From: Desulfobulbaceae bacterium
GTDB lineage: Bacteria > Desulfobacterota > Desulfobulbia > Desulfobulbales > SURF-16
Reading direction: 5' to 3'
Assembly: GCA_002868945.1 (NCBI GenBank)
Contig: PKTX01000068.1
Span: forward strand, 4,505-68,504
DNA length: 64,000 nt
A program made the position numbers and the translations under genes. The notes under the pieces are model-generated. The model had not been told where the DNA came from, did not search any database, and was given only the letters and a program-made list of their open reading frames with translations. This document shows, piece by piece, positions 21,639 to 31,962 of this stretch; the stretch's first letter is position 1; each line of letters begins with the position of its first letter.

Positions 21639-24002
21639 GTGTTGCCCATCATTCCCTTTGCCCGAAATATTGCAGCCGGCCTGGCTGCCTGCTTTTTTTT
21701 GTTGTGCGGCGGCCCGCTTGCGGCTGCCGACCTCCTCAATCAACCCTGGAAGGTGGAGGCCGACAAGGTCAGCCGCAGTGTCAGTGAGCAGGAGATTATC
21801 GCCGAGGGCAATGTCGTGCTGGAACGCACCGGCACCCCCGGCAAGCCCATGACCATTCTGGCCGACTGGATTCGCTATGACACGGAGGCCGGTATTGTTC
21901 AGGCCCGCGGTAATGTTAAACTGCGTTCCAACACGGAAAAGGCCGATGCCCGTGAGGCCACCATTTTCCTGAGTGATCAGACGGCCCAGTTCATCGACAG
22001 CAAGATACATTTCATTGATACCAATATCACCCTGGAAAGCAAAGAGGCCCGTCGCGATGGCGAGATGGTCTATTTCTTCCGGGACGGCGTCTTTACCTCC
22101 TGCGATTATGACGAGGAGCGCAGTCCGGCCTGGAGTCTAGCACTCAAGGAGGCGGATATCGATGTGGACGGCTTCATCTTCATGAAGCACAGCGTCTTGC
22201 GTATTAAGCGCCTGCCCGTCCTCTATCTGCCCTTCATGGCCTATCCGGGCAGGATGGAGCGCCAGACCGGCTTTCTGGATCCGGAAATTTCCGGCTCCGA
22301 CCGGGGCGGCTCCGGCCTGATCACCCCCTTTTTCTGGAACCTGTCGCCCAGCTCGGATATTACCCTTTATCCCGGCTACTATGCCAAGCGCGGCCCCATA
22401 ATCGGCGGGGAGTTCCGCACCATGCAGGATGAGCGTTCACGTTTTTCCGTGCAGGGTACCTTTATCGATGACCGCGTCCAGGATGATCATGACGCTGACG
22501 ACCATTTATACATCCACAAGGATGATGCGGTGGCCGGGGTGGATTACCAGAAGAACGGCTATATCCCCCTGGGTGATTATTGGTATATGCCCCTCGGCGA
22601 AGACTACCAGGAGGACGGCTATCTGCGGACCCGCTCCAACCGCTACTGGGTACGCAGCAAGGCTGACTATGATTTCGGCGACAATCTCAAGCTGCTGGCT
22701 GATATTGATTTTGCCTCTGACCGTGATTTTCTCATGGAGTTTGACAACGGCATTATCGGTTCCGAGGACTCCCATGACGCCTTTCTCCGCGATTTTGATC
22801 GAGGCCTGCAGGAGGCCTCTTTGCCCTGGCGCCAGTCAAGCCTGCAGTTGGCCAAGCATTGGTCCCGGGTTTTTGTCGGTGCTGAAACGAGCTATGTTGA
22901 TGATCTCAACCCCTCCACCACTCCTGATACCACGGTCATTCACACCCTGCCCCGGTTGCTTACCATCGGTTCCCTGGGGGTGCCCTTTACCAGGCTCAAC
23001 CTGAACTGGCAGGGTGAATATGTCAACTATTGGCGTGAGGAAGGGGTGGGCATGCAGCGACTTGACCTGCATCCGCGTCTCACCACGCCCATTCCTTTGG
23101 GGCGCTGGCTGGAGGCCTCCATAACCGGTGGTTTTCGGCAGACCAACTATCAGGTGGAGACGTATGACGAGGCGCTGTATCTCGCCAGCGATGATAGCCA
23201 CCCCAGCCGACGGGCCTGGGATGGCGAGGCGCGCCTGTCCACCACCTTTCAGCGTGATTTCGGGGTCAAGGTGGGCTCACTGCGCTGGCTCAATCACACC
23301 GTTAAGCCGCATACCTCCTTTTCCTACATTGATCCGGATAACGAAGAGCTGGTGGTGCCTGATTTCGACGCCAAGGACACCCTGCGGGCCGCAAGCGAGG
23401 TGGGCTACGGTCTGGAAAACCACTTTCTCATCGGCGGTGTGAGTGGCGACGACAAGGAGTACAGCCGTTATTTCGGTTCGTTTAAGATCAAGCACTCCTA
23501 CGATTATCGCAAGGATGTTGAACCCTATGGCGATCTGCGCTTTGAGCTGGACATCTTTCCCCTCAAGGAGTTGCGCCTCAAGTATTCCACCGATGTCAGC
23601 GTCTATGGCCGCGGCGTCGTCGGCTATGATCTGCTGACTCGCTATACCAACCAGCGCGGCGATTTTCTTTCCGTGGATTACCGCTATAACCAGGGCAGCG
23701 ACACCCATGAAATTAACGGCCAGGGCAAGGTCCGTTTGACGGAAACGCTTTCCGTGGCCGCAGAGATTAAAAAGTCCCTGGCCCTTGATAATGTGGTGAG
23801 TCAGTCACTGTCCGTTATCTATCAGCCGGGCTGTTGGGGAATGCAGGTTGAGCTCTCCGAAAGTGGTGATGACCGCCAGCTCACCGTCATGTTTTCCCTG
23901 GTTGCCCTGGGCCAGGCCTTTGGCTTCGGTTATGAGGATAATCTCAGTGCCGATACCAGCTTCACCACCAGCACCGGTCCCTTGGAACATGATAATTTTT
24001 AG
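21639..24002 (+). CDS. lptD: LPS-assembly protein LptD
   Basis: Signal peptide, OstA-like N-domain (AEGNVVL, FTSC), RQTGFL.P, PFFWNLSPSSDITLYP, beta-barrel with YQPGCWG. Confidence 0.9.
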   Translation: MLPIIPFARNIAAGLAACFFLLCGGPLAAADLLNQPWKVEADKVSRSVSEQEIIAEGNVVLERTGTPGKPMTILADWIRYDTEAGIVQARGNVKLRSNTEKADAREATIFLSDQTAQFIDSKIHFIDTNITLESKEARRDGEMVYFFRDGVFTSCDYDEERSPAWSLALKEADIDVDGFIFMKHSVLRIKRLPVLYLPFMAYPGRMERQTGFLDPEISGSDRGGSGLITPFFWNLSPSSDITLYPGYYAKRGPIIGGEFRTMQDERSRFSVQGTFIDDRVQDDHDADDHLYIHKDDAVAGVDYQKNGYIPLGDYWYMPLGEDYQEDGYLRTRSNRYWVRSKADYDFGDNLKLLADIDFASDRDFLMEFDNGIIGSEDSHDAFLRDFDRGLQEASLPWRQSSLQLAKHWSRVFVGAETSYVDDLNPSTTPDTTVIHTLPRLLTIGSLGVPFTRLNLNWQGEYVNYWREEGVGMQRLDLHPRLTTPIPLGRWLEASITGGFRQTNYQVETYDEALYLASDDSHPSRRAWDGEARLSTTFQRDFGVKVGSLRWLNHTVKPHTSFSYIDPDNEELVVPDFDAKDTLRAASEVGYGLENHFLIGGVSGDDKEYSRYFGSFKIKHSYDYRKDVEPYGDLRFELDIFPLKELRLKYSTDVSVYGRGVVGYDLLTRYTNQRGDFLSVDYRYNQGSDTHEINGQGKVRLTETLSVAAEIKKSLALDNVVSQSLSVIYQPGCWGMQVELSESGDDRQLTVMFSLVALGQAFGFGYEDNLSADTSFTTSTGPLEHDNF

Positions 24003-24219
24003 AAGGCACCCCTCTCTAAGGGTGTCATGTCTTGATAGTTTTGCCTTGGTGCAGCGTGCTCTTGCCGGTGAAGGGTGAGATGTTATGGGTGAGGAGCAAA
24101 AAAGCTCTTGCCCGGCGGATTTTTTGATTCCCCTGACGCCCTGAAAAAATGGGCAATTAACCATGGTGGAAGGTCTTTCTGCCAAAGATCCACCTCCCTC
24201 TTTCCCTGGAGTTTCAGGT

Positions 24220-25185
24220 ATGGATATAGATATCTTTAATGGTGATGCCGATGGCATTGCCGCTTTGCAGCAGCTGCGTCTGGCCGAACCTCGTCAATCT
24301 CTCCTGGTCTCCGGGGTGAAGCGCGATATCCGCCTGCTCGACAAGGTGGTTGCCATGGCCGAGCATCGGGGGGCGCGCCTCACCGTGCTCGATATCTCCA
24401 TGGCCACCAACAGTGAGCCGCTGCAAACCCTGCTTGATGATGATTGCCGGATCTTCTACGTTGATCACCATCATCCCGGCGACATCCCGGAACATGTCGC
24501 CCTGGAGAGCCATATTGACGCGGACCCGGATATCTGCACCGGTCTCATTGTCAATCGCCTCCTTGGCCATCGCTATCCGGCCTGGGGAGTGGTGGCCGCC
24601 TTCGGCGATAACCTGCATGACGCAGCCCATCGCCTGGGCAAACAATGCGGCCTTGCCGAGCAGGCCATGGCGGTGCTGCGTGAGCTGGGTGAGCTTCTCA
24701 ACTATAACGGCTACGGCAGAGAGGTGGCGGATCTCCACTTTGATCCGGTCCAGCTCTTCAAGGCGGTGCAGCCCTATGCCGATCCCCTTGAGTTTTACAG
24801 GCAGAGCGATGCCCTGGCCACCCTGCGCCAGGGATTTCATGATGACATGGGCAAGGCCCGCGCCACCCGGCCCGAGGATGAGCAGGAGAGCGGGCGTATC
24901 TATATCTTCCCCAATGAGGCCTGGGCCCGGCGTACGGCCGGTGTCTTCAGTAACGAGCGGGCCCGTGAAAAACCGGATATGGGCCATGCCCTGCTGGTGG
25001 ATAACGGCCAGGGGGGCTATGTGGTGAGCGTGCGGGCGCCGCTGAACCGCAAGGAGGGCGCCGTGGAGCTCTGCAAATCCTTTCCAACGGGCGGCGGGCG
25101 TGCTGCGGCGGCCGGAATCAATGAGCTGCCCCAGGGCAGGCTGGCGGAGTTCAAGGCCGCCTTCTTTGCTGCCTTTCAGAGCTGA
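24220..25185 (+). CDS. DHH-family phosphoesterase
   Basis: FNGDADG, VLDIS, YVDHH, SVRAP, GGGRAAAAG. Confidence 0.82.
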   Translation: MDIDIFNGDADGIAALQQLRLAEPRQSLLVSGVKRDIRLLDKVVAMAEHRGARLTVLDISMATNSEPLQTLLDDDCRIFYVDHHHPGDIPEHVALESHIDADPDICTGLIVNRLLGHRYPAWGVVAAFGDNLHDAAHRLGKQCGLAEQAMAVLRELGELLNYNGYGREVADLHFDPVQLFKAVQPYADPLEFYRQSDALATLRQGFHDDMGKARATRPEDEQESGRIYIFPNEAWARRTAGVFSNERAREKPDMGHALLVDNGQGGYVVSVRAPLNRKEGAVELCKSFPTGGGRAAAAGINELPQGRLAEFKAAFFAAFQS

Positions 25186-25383
25186 TTTCTCCTCTGCCGG
25201 CCTTGCCTCGTCGCCATAACCGCTCTGTCGCCTCGTGCCTGCCCCAGGAGGCCGCCGGGCGGTTTTTTGCAAAAAAAACTTTGTGTCTGCCGCTACTCTA
25301 TGGTTTTCTTTTAGGGTGTTGCGATGCAGCCTTCTGTTTCAGGCCCCAGGTTCCCAAGCCTTTTCTCCCCAGAGAGTTTTGTC

Positions 25384-26424
25384 ATGCAAGTAGCTAAACA
25401 GTGTCTCATCCTGTTCCTTCTTCTTCTGTTATCCTCCTGGCCGGTCGCTGCCGCTGTGGCCAGTAAGCCCAAGGCCGCTGACCTGGTTGAGGACGGCCAG
25501 GCCATTGACCTCACCACCAAGCGTTACCAGGAGCTGTTTGCCGAGCTGCGCAGCAAGCACAACTTCAGTCGCCAGGAGCTCGATGCCATATTCGGCGGCC
25601 TGACCATCAAGCAAAGGGTTCTGGAATTAATGGACTCCCAGTGGGAGGCCAAACCCTATTTTGACTATTATCCCCGTTTTATTACGCCGGCGGTTGTTAA
25701 AGAGGGCAAGGAAAAGCTTCGGGAGCACAAGCCGCTCCTTGACCGGGTGGAAGAGAAATTTGGTGTGGACCGGCACGTGGTGGTGGCCATTTGGGCCATT
25801 GAGTCGAGGTTCGGTAAGCATACCGGCGGTTTTGACATGCTGCAGACCCTGAATACCATGTTTGACGCCTATCCGCGCCGCTCCAGCTTTTATCGCAGTC
25901 AGCTCATTCATTTTCTGCTCCTCTGTCGGGAAAATAATGTTGATCCCACCTCAGTGGCCGGTTCCTATGGCGGTGCCTTTGGCCAGACCCAGTTTATCCC
26001 GTCCAGTTTTCGCGAGTATGCCGTTGATTTCGACAAGGATGGTCGCCGCGATGTCTGGAACAGTGTTGACGATATCCTGGCCTCCATTGCCAACTATCTC
26101 AAACGGGCCGGCTGGGTACGGCAGGCACCGCTCTATGCTGAAATCGGTGCGACCCTGAAGGCCGCTGATCTGCAGAAGGCCTATGAGCAGGGACGCAAGG
26201 GACGGGTGAGCCGAGCCCGTATCGAAGCGGTCCAGGGGGTCACACTGCCGCCTTCACCGGCAGACAAGGAACTCTCCATTGTCGGCCTGGAGCTTGATGA
26301 GGAGGGCGCCATGCGCTTTGTGGCCGGTTATCCCAATTTTCACGCCATTACGGCCTGGAATCACTCAAACCGTTATGCCATGGCGGTTATCGAACTCAGT
26401 GAATTGCTGGCTGGGCTGAAATAA
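25384..26424 (+). CDS. mltB: Lytic murein transglycosylase B family
   Basis: Signal peptide; AIWAIESRFG, GSYGGAFGQTQFIPSSF, AVDFDKDG, SIANYL, WNHSNRYA. Confidence 0.9.
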   Translation: MQVAKQCLILFLLLLLSSWPVAAAVASKPKAADLVEDGQAIDLTTKRYQELFAELRSKHNFSRQELDAIFGGLTIKQRVLELMDSQWEAKPYFDYYPRFITPAVVKEGKEKLREHKPLLDRVEEKFGVDRHVVVAIWAIESRFGKHTGGFDMLQTLNTMFDAYPRRSSFYRSQLIHFLLLCRENNVDPTSVAGSYGGAFGQTQFIPSSFREYAVDFDKDGRRDVWNSVDDILASIANYLKRAGWVRQAPLYAEIGATLKAADLQKAYEQGRKGRVSRARIEAVQGVTLPPSPADKELSIVGLELDEEGAMRFVAGYPNFHAITAWNHSNRYAMAVIELSELLAGLK

Positions 26425-26641
26425 GGGTATCTTGAATAATTAGATATTTCGGAGTCTCGCTCCGCTCGCTTACCTGTTCGAGTTCACGAAGCATAGAAAA
26501 TAAAAAGCGCGCCCTGCAAGAGGTATGGGAGCCTGCGACACTCCGGGTGCCCTTGGGGTGCAGCATATTAATGATATGTGAGCATTTTTATTTTCGTAGC
26601 GCCGAAGAAATCGGCCAAAGTGGCAATTATTCAAGATACCC
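26425..26641. mobile_element. MITE-like element, family B
   Basis: Perfect 17-bp TIR GGGTATCTTGAATAATT / AATTATTCAAGATACCC, flanked by ATAA direct repeats that include the mltB stop. Confidence 0.85.
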
Positions 26642-26677
26642 ATAAGACGGTCTGCTCTCCGGCAGGCGTGTGATCAG

Positions 26678-28231
26678 GTGCAATCCTATCGGCTGAAAAT
26701 TAAAATTATCCTGGCCCTGGCCATCTTCATCGCCACCGGCATGCTGCTCATGGATATGGTGATCAGCATGACCGGCCATAAACGCCTGGTGCTGGCTGAG
26801 GTGGAGAAGGCCGAAGTCGTGGCCCAGGTCATGGCCCGTCGTCTGGAGGCGGCGCCGGCAATGTCAGACGGCCTCCATGCCGAGGTGGCCGGCCAGGCTT
26901 GGGGGCTGGGCATGGAACTGCTGGTGGTTGATGGCCGGGGAGCGGTGCGCTTTCCCGCGCCCGACCAGCTTGGTGCCGGCCCTGCCATGATCAAGGCGGC
27001 ACAAGAGGCCGTGGCCACCGGGCGTATGGCAAAAGGCACTGCCGGGCCCCGCTTCGGCCCCCTGGGGCGCCGTTATGAGACGCTGCAGGTGGCAGTGCCC
27101 CTGAAAAACGAGGACGGCCTGCTGAGCGGCGCCCTGGTCCTCTCCGTCAATCTCGCCGGCCTGCATGAGCAATTCTGGGCCGATCAACGACTCTTTGCCC
27201 TCTATATTCTCTTCAACCTGGCGATCCTTACCTTTGTCGCTTATCAGCGTCTGGCCAAGCTGCTGATCAAACCCCTGCAGCGTCTGGCCAGTCGGGCCGA
27301 GGAGTATCAGGATGACGAGTCCTTTTACTTTCTTACCGATAGAAGGGGTGATGAGGTAGCGGCCCTCTCCGCCTCGCTCAACCGCATGCTGCGCCGCATC
27401 AATACGGATCGCCACAAGCTGCAGGAGATGGTGGCTGCCCTGGAAGAGGCCAACCTTTCCCTGAAAACGGCCCAGCAGGAGGTCATTCGGGCCGAGAAAC
27501 TCGCCTCGGTGGGACGGCTGTCGGCCGGCATCGCCCATGAGATCGGCAATCCGGTGGGTATTGTTCTCGGCTATCTGGAGCTCTTGCAGCAGGAGGATCT
27601 GCAGCCAGGTCAGCGTCTTGACTTCATCCAGAGGGCAACCCATGAGATTAACCGGATCAGTACTATTATCCGTCAACTTCTTGATCTGTCACGCAGTGAT
27701 GAGGAGGAGCAGGGTGAGGTGCATATCCATGATCTGCTCGGCGATCTCTGTGCCGGTTTGCAGGAGCAGCCCCTGCTGGCCGGTCTCTCCGTCACCCTGA
27801 AGACCGCAGCCGCCGACGACCGCGTCTATGGGGTTGCCGACAGGTTACGGCAGGTTTTTTTGAATATTATTATGAATGCCGCAGATGCGGTGCGGGACAA
27901 TGGTCCTGAACGGCCGGGCCGACTGACCATAAGCACCGCGCTTGTTGAGCAGGCTGGTAAGCGACAGGGGCGGCCGGCCCTGCAGATCCGTTTTGCCGAT
28001 AATGGTCCGGGGATCAGCCCGGCCAATGTGGAAACGGTTTTTGATCCCTTTTTTACCACCAAGGAGCCGGGCAAGGGCACTGGACTTGGCCTCTCTGTCA
28101 GTTATATGATTATAGAAAATGTTGGCGGCAAGATCAGTGTCGCCAGTCGACCCGGTCAGGGAAGTGTCTTCAGCGTTATTCTGCCGCTGAGCCGGGCGGC
28201 GGAAAAGCAGGAGAAGCAGAGTAGACCATGA
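26678..28231 (+). CDS. Membrane HAMP sensor histidine kinase
   Basis: Two TMs; [11 protein letters not shown]-box, [30 protein letters not shown]. Confidence 0.93.
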   Translation: MQSYRLKIKIILALAIFIATGMLLMDMVISMTGHKRLVLAEVEKAEVVAQVMARRLEAAPAMSDGLHAEVAGQAWGLGMELLVVDGRGAVRFPAPDQLGAGPAMIKAAQEAVATGRMAKGTAGPRFGPLGRRYETLQVAVPLKNEDGLLSGALVLSVNLAGLHEQFWADQRLFALYILFNLAILTFVAYQRLAKLLIKPLQRLASRAEEYQDDESFYFLTDRRGDEVAALSASLNRMLRRINTDRHKLQEMVAALEEANLSLKTAQQEVIRAEKLASVGRLSAGIAHEIGNPVGIVLGYLELLQQEDLQPGQRLDFIQRATHEINRISTIIRQLLDLSRSDEEEQGEVHIHDLLGDLCAGLQEQPLLAGLSVTLKTAAADDRVYGVADRLRQVFLNIIMNAADAVRDNGPERPGRLTISTALVEQAGKRQGRPALQIRFADNGPGISPANVETVFDPFFTTKEPGKGTGLGLSVSYMIIENVGGKISVASRPGQGSVFSVILPLSRAAEKQEKQSRP

Positions 28232-29607
28232 TGCAGGTGCCGAAGAAGAAAATACTCATTCTCGACGATGAGCCCAATATGCGTCACATGCTCACCATGC
28301 TGGTGGAGAAGGCCGGTTATCAGGTGAGCGCCGGCGCGGACGGGGCGGAGGGGCTGGCCCTTTTGCGGGCGCACCATTTTGACTTTATCCTCTGCGACAT
28401 CAAGATGCCCACCATGGACGGCATGGAGTTCTTAAAGGCCTCCGCCGCCGACCGCGGTGAGGCCACCGTTATCATGATGTCCGCCTACGGCACCATTGAC
28501 ACCGCCATTGAGGCCATGAAGCTGGGGGCCTATGACTTCATCTCCAAACCCTTTAAGACCGATGAGGTGCTGTTGGCCTTGAAAAAGGCGGAGGAACGGG
28601 AGAACCTCAAACAGGAAAACCGCAGCCTCAAGCTGCAGATCAGCCAGGTCAAGGACGAGTACCGCTTCGGCACCATGCTGGCCCACTCCAAGGCCATGCG
28701 TGATGTCTTCCGTCTGGCCGCCAAGGTGGCGCGTTTCGACACCACGGTGCTCATCTCCGGCGAGTCAGGCACCGGCAAGGAACTGGTGGCGCGCGGCATT
28801 CATTATGCCTCGGCCCGGGCCGCCAACCCCCTGGTTGTGGAAAATTGTGGTTGTGTGCCGGAAAACCTGCTTGAGAGCCTCTTCTTCGGCCATGTCAAGG
28901 GTGCTTTTACCGGTGCTGATCATGACAAGAAGGGGCTTTTTGAAGAGGCGGACAGCGGGACCCTCTTTCTGGATGAGATCGGCGATCTGCCGCTGCCGCT
29001 CCAGGTCAAACTGCTGCGCGTCCTGCAGGAGGGCGAGATCAGGCCGGTGGGTGCGCCGGACATGCGGCGCGTTGATGTGCGGGTGGTGGCGGACACGGCC
29101 CGTGATCTGGGCCGCGAGGTGACAGAGGGCCGCTTTCGCCGGGATCTTTACTACCGGCTCAATGTTCTGCCCATTGTCCTGCCGCCCCTGCGCCGGCGGC
29201 CGGCCGATATCCCCCTGCTCTGTGAGCATTTCATGGCCAAGTTCCGAGACAAGATGGGGCCGGTGGCCCGCCGCATCGACAAGGAGGCCATGAAGCTGCT
29301 CCTGAAATATCCCTGGCCCGGCAATGTCAGGGAGCTGGAAAATACCATTGAGCGGGCCCTGGTTCTGGCGGCCGGCGATATTCTGGGCCCGGATGATTTT
29401 CCCATGCTCGGCCAAGAGGCTGGTCCGGGCGTCCCATCCCTCTTTGACGGCTATTCGTTGAAGGAGGCCAAGAAGTTCTGGGAAAAGAGTCTCATAGAGA
29501 AGACCCTGGCCGCCTGTCACGGCAACCGTACCCGGGCTGCCGAACTCCTTGAGGTAAGCTATCCTTCACTTCTTGCCAAGATCAAGGAGTATGGCGTCCA
29601 GGTCTGA
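28228..29607 (+). CDS. Sigma54-dependent response regulator (NtrC/AtoC family)
   Basis: REC domain, GESGTGKE, GAFTGA, LFLDEIG, WPGNVREL, Fis-type HTH; ATGA overlap with the kinase. Confidence 0.95.
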   Translation: MMQVPKKKILILDDEPNMRHMLTMLVEKAGYQVSAGADGAEGLALLRAHHFDFILCDIKMPTMDGMEFLKASAADRGEATVIMMSAYGTIDTAIEAMKLGAYDFISKPFKTDEVLLALKKAEERENLKQENRSLKLQISQVKDEYRFGTMLAHSKAMRDVFRLAAKVARFDTTVLISGESGTGKELVARGIHYASARAANPLVVENCGCVPENLLESLFFGHVKGAFTGADHDKKGLFEEADSGTLFLDEIGDLPLPLQVKLLRVLQEGEIRPVGAPDMRRVDVRVVADTARDLGREVTEGRFRRDLYYRLNVLPIVLPPLRRRPADIPLLCEHFMAKFRDKMGPVARRIDKEAMKLLLKYPWPGNVRELENTIERALVLAAGDILGPDDFPMLGQEAGPGVPSLFDGYSLKEAKKFWEKSLIEKTLAACHGNRTRAAELLEVSYPSLLAKIKEYGVQV

Positions 29608-29611
29608 GCCC

Positions 29612-30550
29612 TCAGTGGCTGTCGGGCCGGTACCAGGTCCTGATCTCGCTGTTCTCAAAGACCGCCACCTGGTTTTTGCCGTTATTCTTGGCATGATAGA
29701 GGGCCCAGTCGGCATTGCTGATCAGGGTGTCCTTGGCCTCGTCAGGTACAAACTGGGCCACGCCGAAGCTGCAGGTCAGATTGCCGATCTCCGCAAAGCG
29801 GTGTGACATGATACCGGCCCTGATCTTTTCCGCCAGCAAGGCGGCGCCCTGCAGTGTTGTTTCCGGCAGAAGCACGGCAAACTCTTCCCCTCCCCATCGG
29901 GCAAAATAGTCGCTTTGCCTGATAATGGCCTTGGTTAGGCCCCCTATCTCGATGAGGACATCGTCTCCGGCCAGGTGACCGTAGGTGTCGTTTACTGATT
30001 TGAAGTTGTCGATGTCAAAAATGATCAGGGAAAAGATCTTGCTGTGCCGATCCGCCTTTTTGACCTCGGCACTGAGGAGGTCGTTGAACATCTTACGGTT
30101 GTAACAACCGGTCAGGGTGTCGGTGGTGGCCTGCTTTTCCATGATCTGCAGGTTCTCGTCAATAACCGCCTTGGCCTCCAGCAGGGCCGTGTTGTCATAG
30201 ATGATGATGCTGGCCCGCTCCTCTGAAAGGGGACTTATCACCACCTCCTGCCGCATGTGGTTAAAGGTGGATTTGGTGATCTGCTGGAGTTTGATGGGGA
30301 TGATATACTTTTCCACCGATGAGCTGGTGAAGGTGGATGAGCCCAACTTCAGGGCGATTTTCACCTTGCGCTTAAGCAGATTGAAACCGGTCTCCGGAAA
30401 AAGATCAGACAGCAAGCGACCTTCTGCCTCCTGTCGGCTGATGCCGGTTTGCAGGGCCAACCAGCGATTCCAGAAGATGATCTTCAGGTCCGGATCAACG
30501 ATCAAAATACCATTTTCAATGGTGTTGAGGATCGATTTCTCATCAAACAT
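29612..30550 (-). CDS. PAS-GGDEF diguanylate cyclase
   Basis: DIDNFKSVNDTYGH, RQSD I-site, RWGGEEF. Confidence 0.93.
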   Translation of the reverse strand: MFDEKSILNTIENGILIVDPDLKIIFWNRWLALQTGISRQEAEGRLLSDLFPETGFNLLKRKVKIALKLGSSTFTSSSVEKYIIPIKLQQITKSTFNHMRQEVVISPLSEERASIIIYDNTALLEAKAVIDENLQIMEKQATTDTLTGCYNRKMFNDLLSAEVKKADRHSKIFSLIIFDIDNFKSVNDTYGHLAGDDVLIEIGGLTKAIIRQSDYFARWGGEEFAVLLPETTLQGAALLAEKIRAGIMSHRFAEIGNLTCSFGVAQFVPDEAKDTLISNADWALYHAKNNGKNQVAVFENSEIRTWYRPDSH

Positions 30551-31171
30551 CTAGATGTTTTCCAGGTAGTTGTTCAGGGCGGTGTGTAACCAGTTAAACA
30601 TCTCATCGGTGAACATGATAAAGAGTTTGCCGGCCACCTCCATGTCCTTAAAGTCCAGCACCGTACTGATAACAATAATATGTCGGTAGGACAGGGCACG
30701 CCTTTCCTGGGTGAGGGTATCGGCAAACTCTATGGAGGGCGGCGCAAAGGTCACATTGGTGCCCAGCAATTCCGCCAATTTGCCGATGCAGGAGGATCCC
30801 AGGATATTGGAGATCTCCAAGATGCTCTGCTTGAGCTCGTCGTCATCAAGTATCTCCTGGCTGCCCGGCCCTTCATCGGCAAAAATAATTCTTTGCATAT
30901 TGCGGGCACTGTGCCTGTCCATGGCAAAGACCACCTCTCCCTGGAAGCGGCCCTTGAACTGTTGGGTGGTGGTATAGACATCCTGAAGATTGAAGTCTTG
31001 AAAGATAAAGGTGTCAAGCTCATCCAGGGCAACAAAGCTGATGGCCGGCACATGGAGGGTGGCAAAGTTATCAAAGAGATCGGCGATGGTGGCGGTGGCC
31101 GAACCAAAGGCGATGTTAATGAGCTCGCCAAGTACCTCCTGGAGCTCTTCCGGGAGTTCTTCCTGAATCAT
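30551..31171 (-). CDS. CheC-family phosphatase
   Basis: Two E-x-x-N motifs (ELIN, EISN); abuts the DGC start. Confidence 0.85.
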   Translation of the reverse strand: MIQEELPEELQEVLGELINIAFGSATATIADLFDNFATLHVPAISFVALDELDTFIFQDFNLQDVYTTTQQFKGRFQGEVVFAMDRHSARNMQRIIFADEGPGSQEILDDDELKQSILEISNILGSSCIGKLAELLGTNVTFAPPSIEFADTLTQERRALSYRHIIVISTVLDFKDMEVAGKLFIMFTDEMFNWLHTALNNYLENI

Positions 31172-31427
31172 GGGATATCCTTATGTGACCGTGACGATTG
31201 TATGGCAAAAAAATAGTCGCTTCGGCCGATCTCTGCGTGATGGTCAATAAATAATCTTCTGAAATCTCAACGAGATGTCCCTGTTTGTTTCCGACTTTCT
31301 GATGTTGGACAAAAAACCTCTTTTCACCGATAGACACTGACAATTGCGGCGGTCCGGCTGAAAAACAGTGCGTTTAGCGATTGCGACGAGAGCCGGACCG
31401 ATAGCCGCCTCCCTCACTAACGGGCCA

Positions 31428-31787
31428 TTACGGCAAGGCAGCAAATATCTCTGCCAATCTTTTTTCGGCGATGGGTTTTGCTTCAACACTTATGGCGCCC
31501 ATACCCAGCACCTTTTCCTGGGATTTTGCCTGGATATCGGCGGTGACGATATGGACCCAGGAGTTCTGGTCAAAGTCGCGAATCAATTGCAGCGCTTCAA
31601 AGCCATCCATCTCCGGCATGGTGAGGTCCAGAAAAACAATGTCGGGACGGTGTTCTTTATAGAGGGCAACGGCCTCCAGGCCGTTGGCTCCCTGGAATAT
31701 TTCAGCAGACTCTTTAATGGCCGCGGGAATTCTCTTTAAAATGGTGAGCCGAGAGAGTTTGCTGTCATCGACGATGAGTATCTTCAT
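31428..31787 (-). CDS. Single-domain response regulator (CheY-like)
   Basis: ILIVDDS, FLDLTMP, VTAD, KP. Confidence 0.92.
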   Translation of the reverse strand: MKILIVDDSKLSRLTILKRIPAAIKESAEIFQGANGLEAVALYKEHRPDIVFLDLTMPEMDGFEALQLIRDFDQNSWVHIVTADIQAKSQEKVLGMGAISVEAKPIAEKRLAEIFAALP

Positions 31788-31962
31788 GGGCGGTAACTCA
31801 TGGATATGCTTTCAACAAAGTAATGATTTCTGGTGTTTTCAATCTTAGCAGGTAATGGTTGAAAAATGAACATGAAACCGAGCAGTACGCAATAAAATCA
31901 CGCAGCTGTCCGGTCCTGTTTGACAGGGGTACGGCCCGTCTTCCCAACTCTGAAAATATCCT

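Noticed and set aside
29092-29094. VVADT in place of the usual VVAAT in the sigma54 activator
   Set aside because: Single-base difference (GCC to GAC) with GAFTGA and Walker motifs intact; it may be a variant or an error and cannot be interpreted here.
31172-31427. Possible c-di-GMP riboswitch upstream of CheC-DGC
   Set aside because: Only one stem is seen; no recognisable GEMM consensus.
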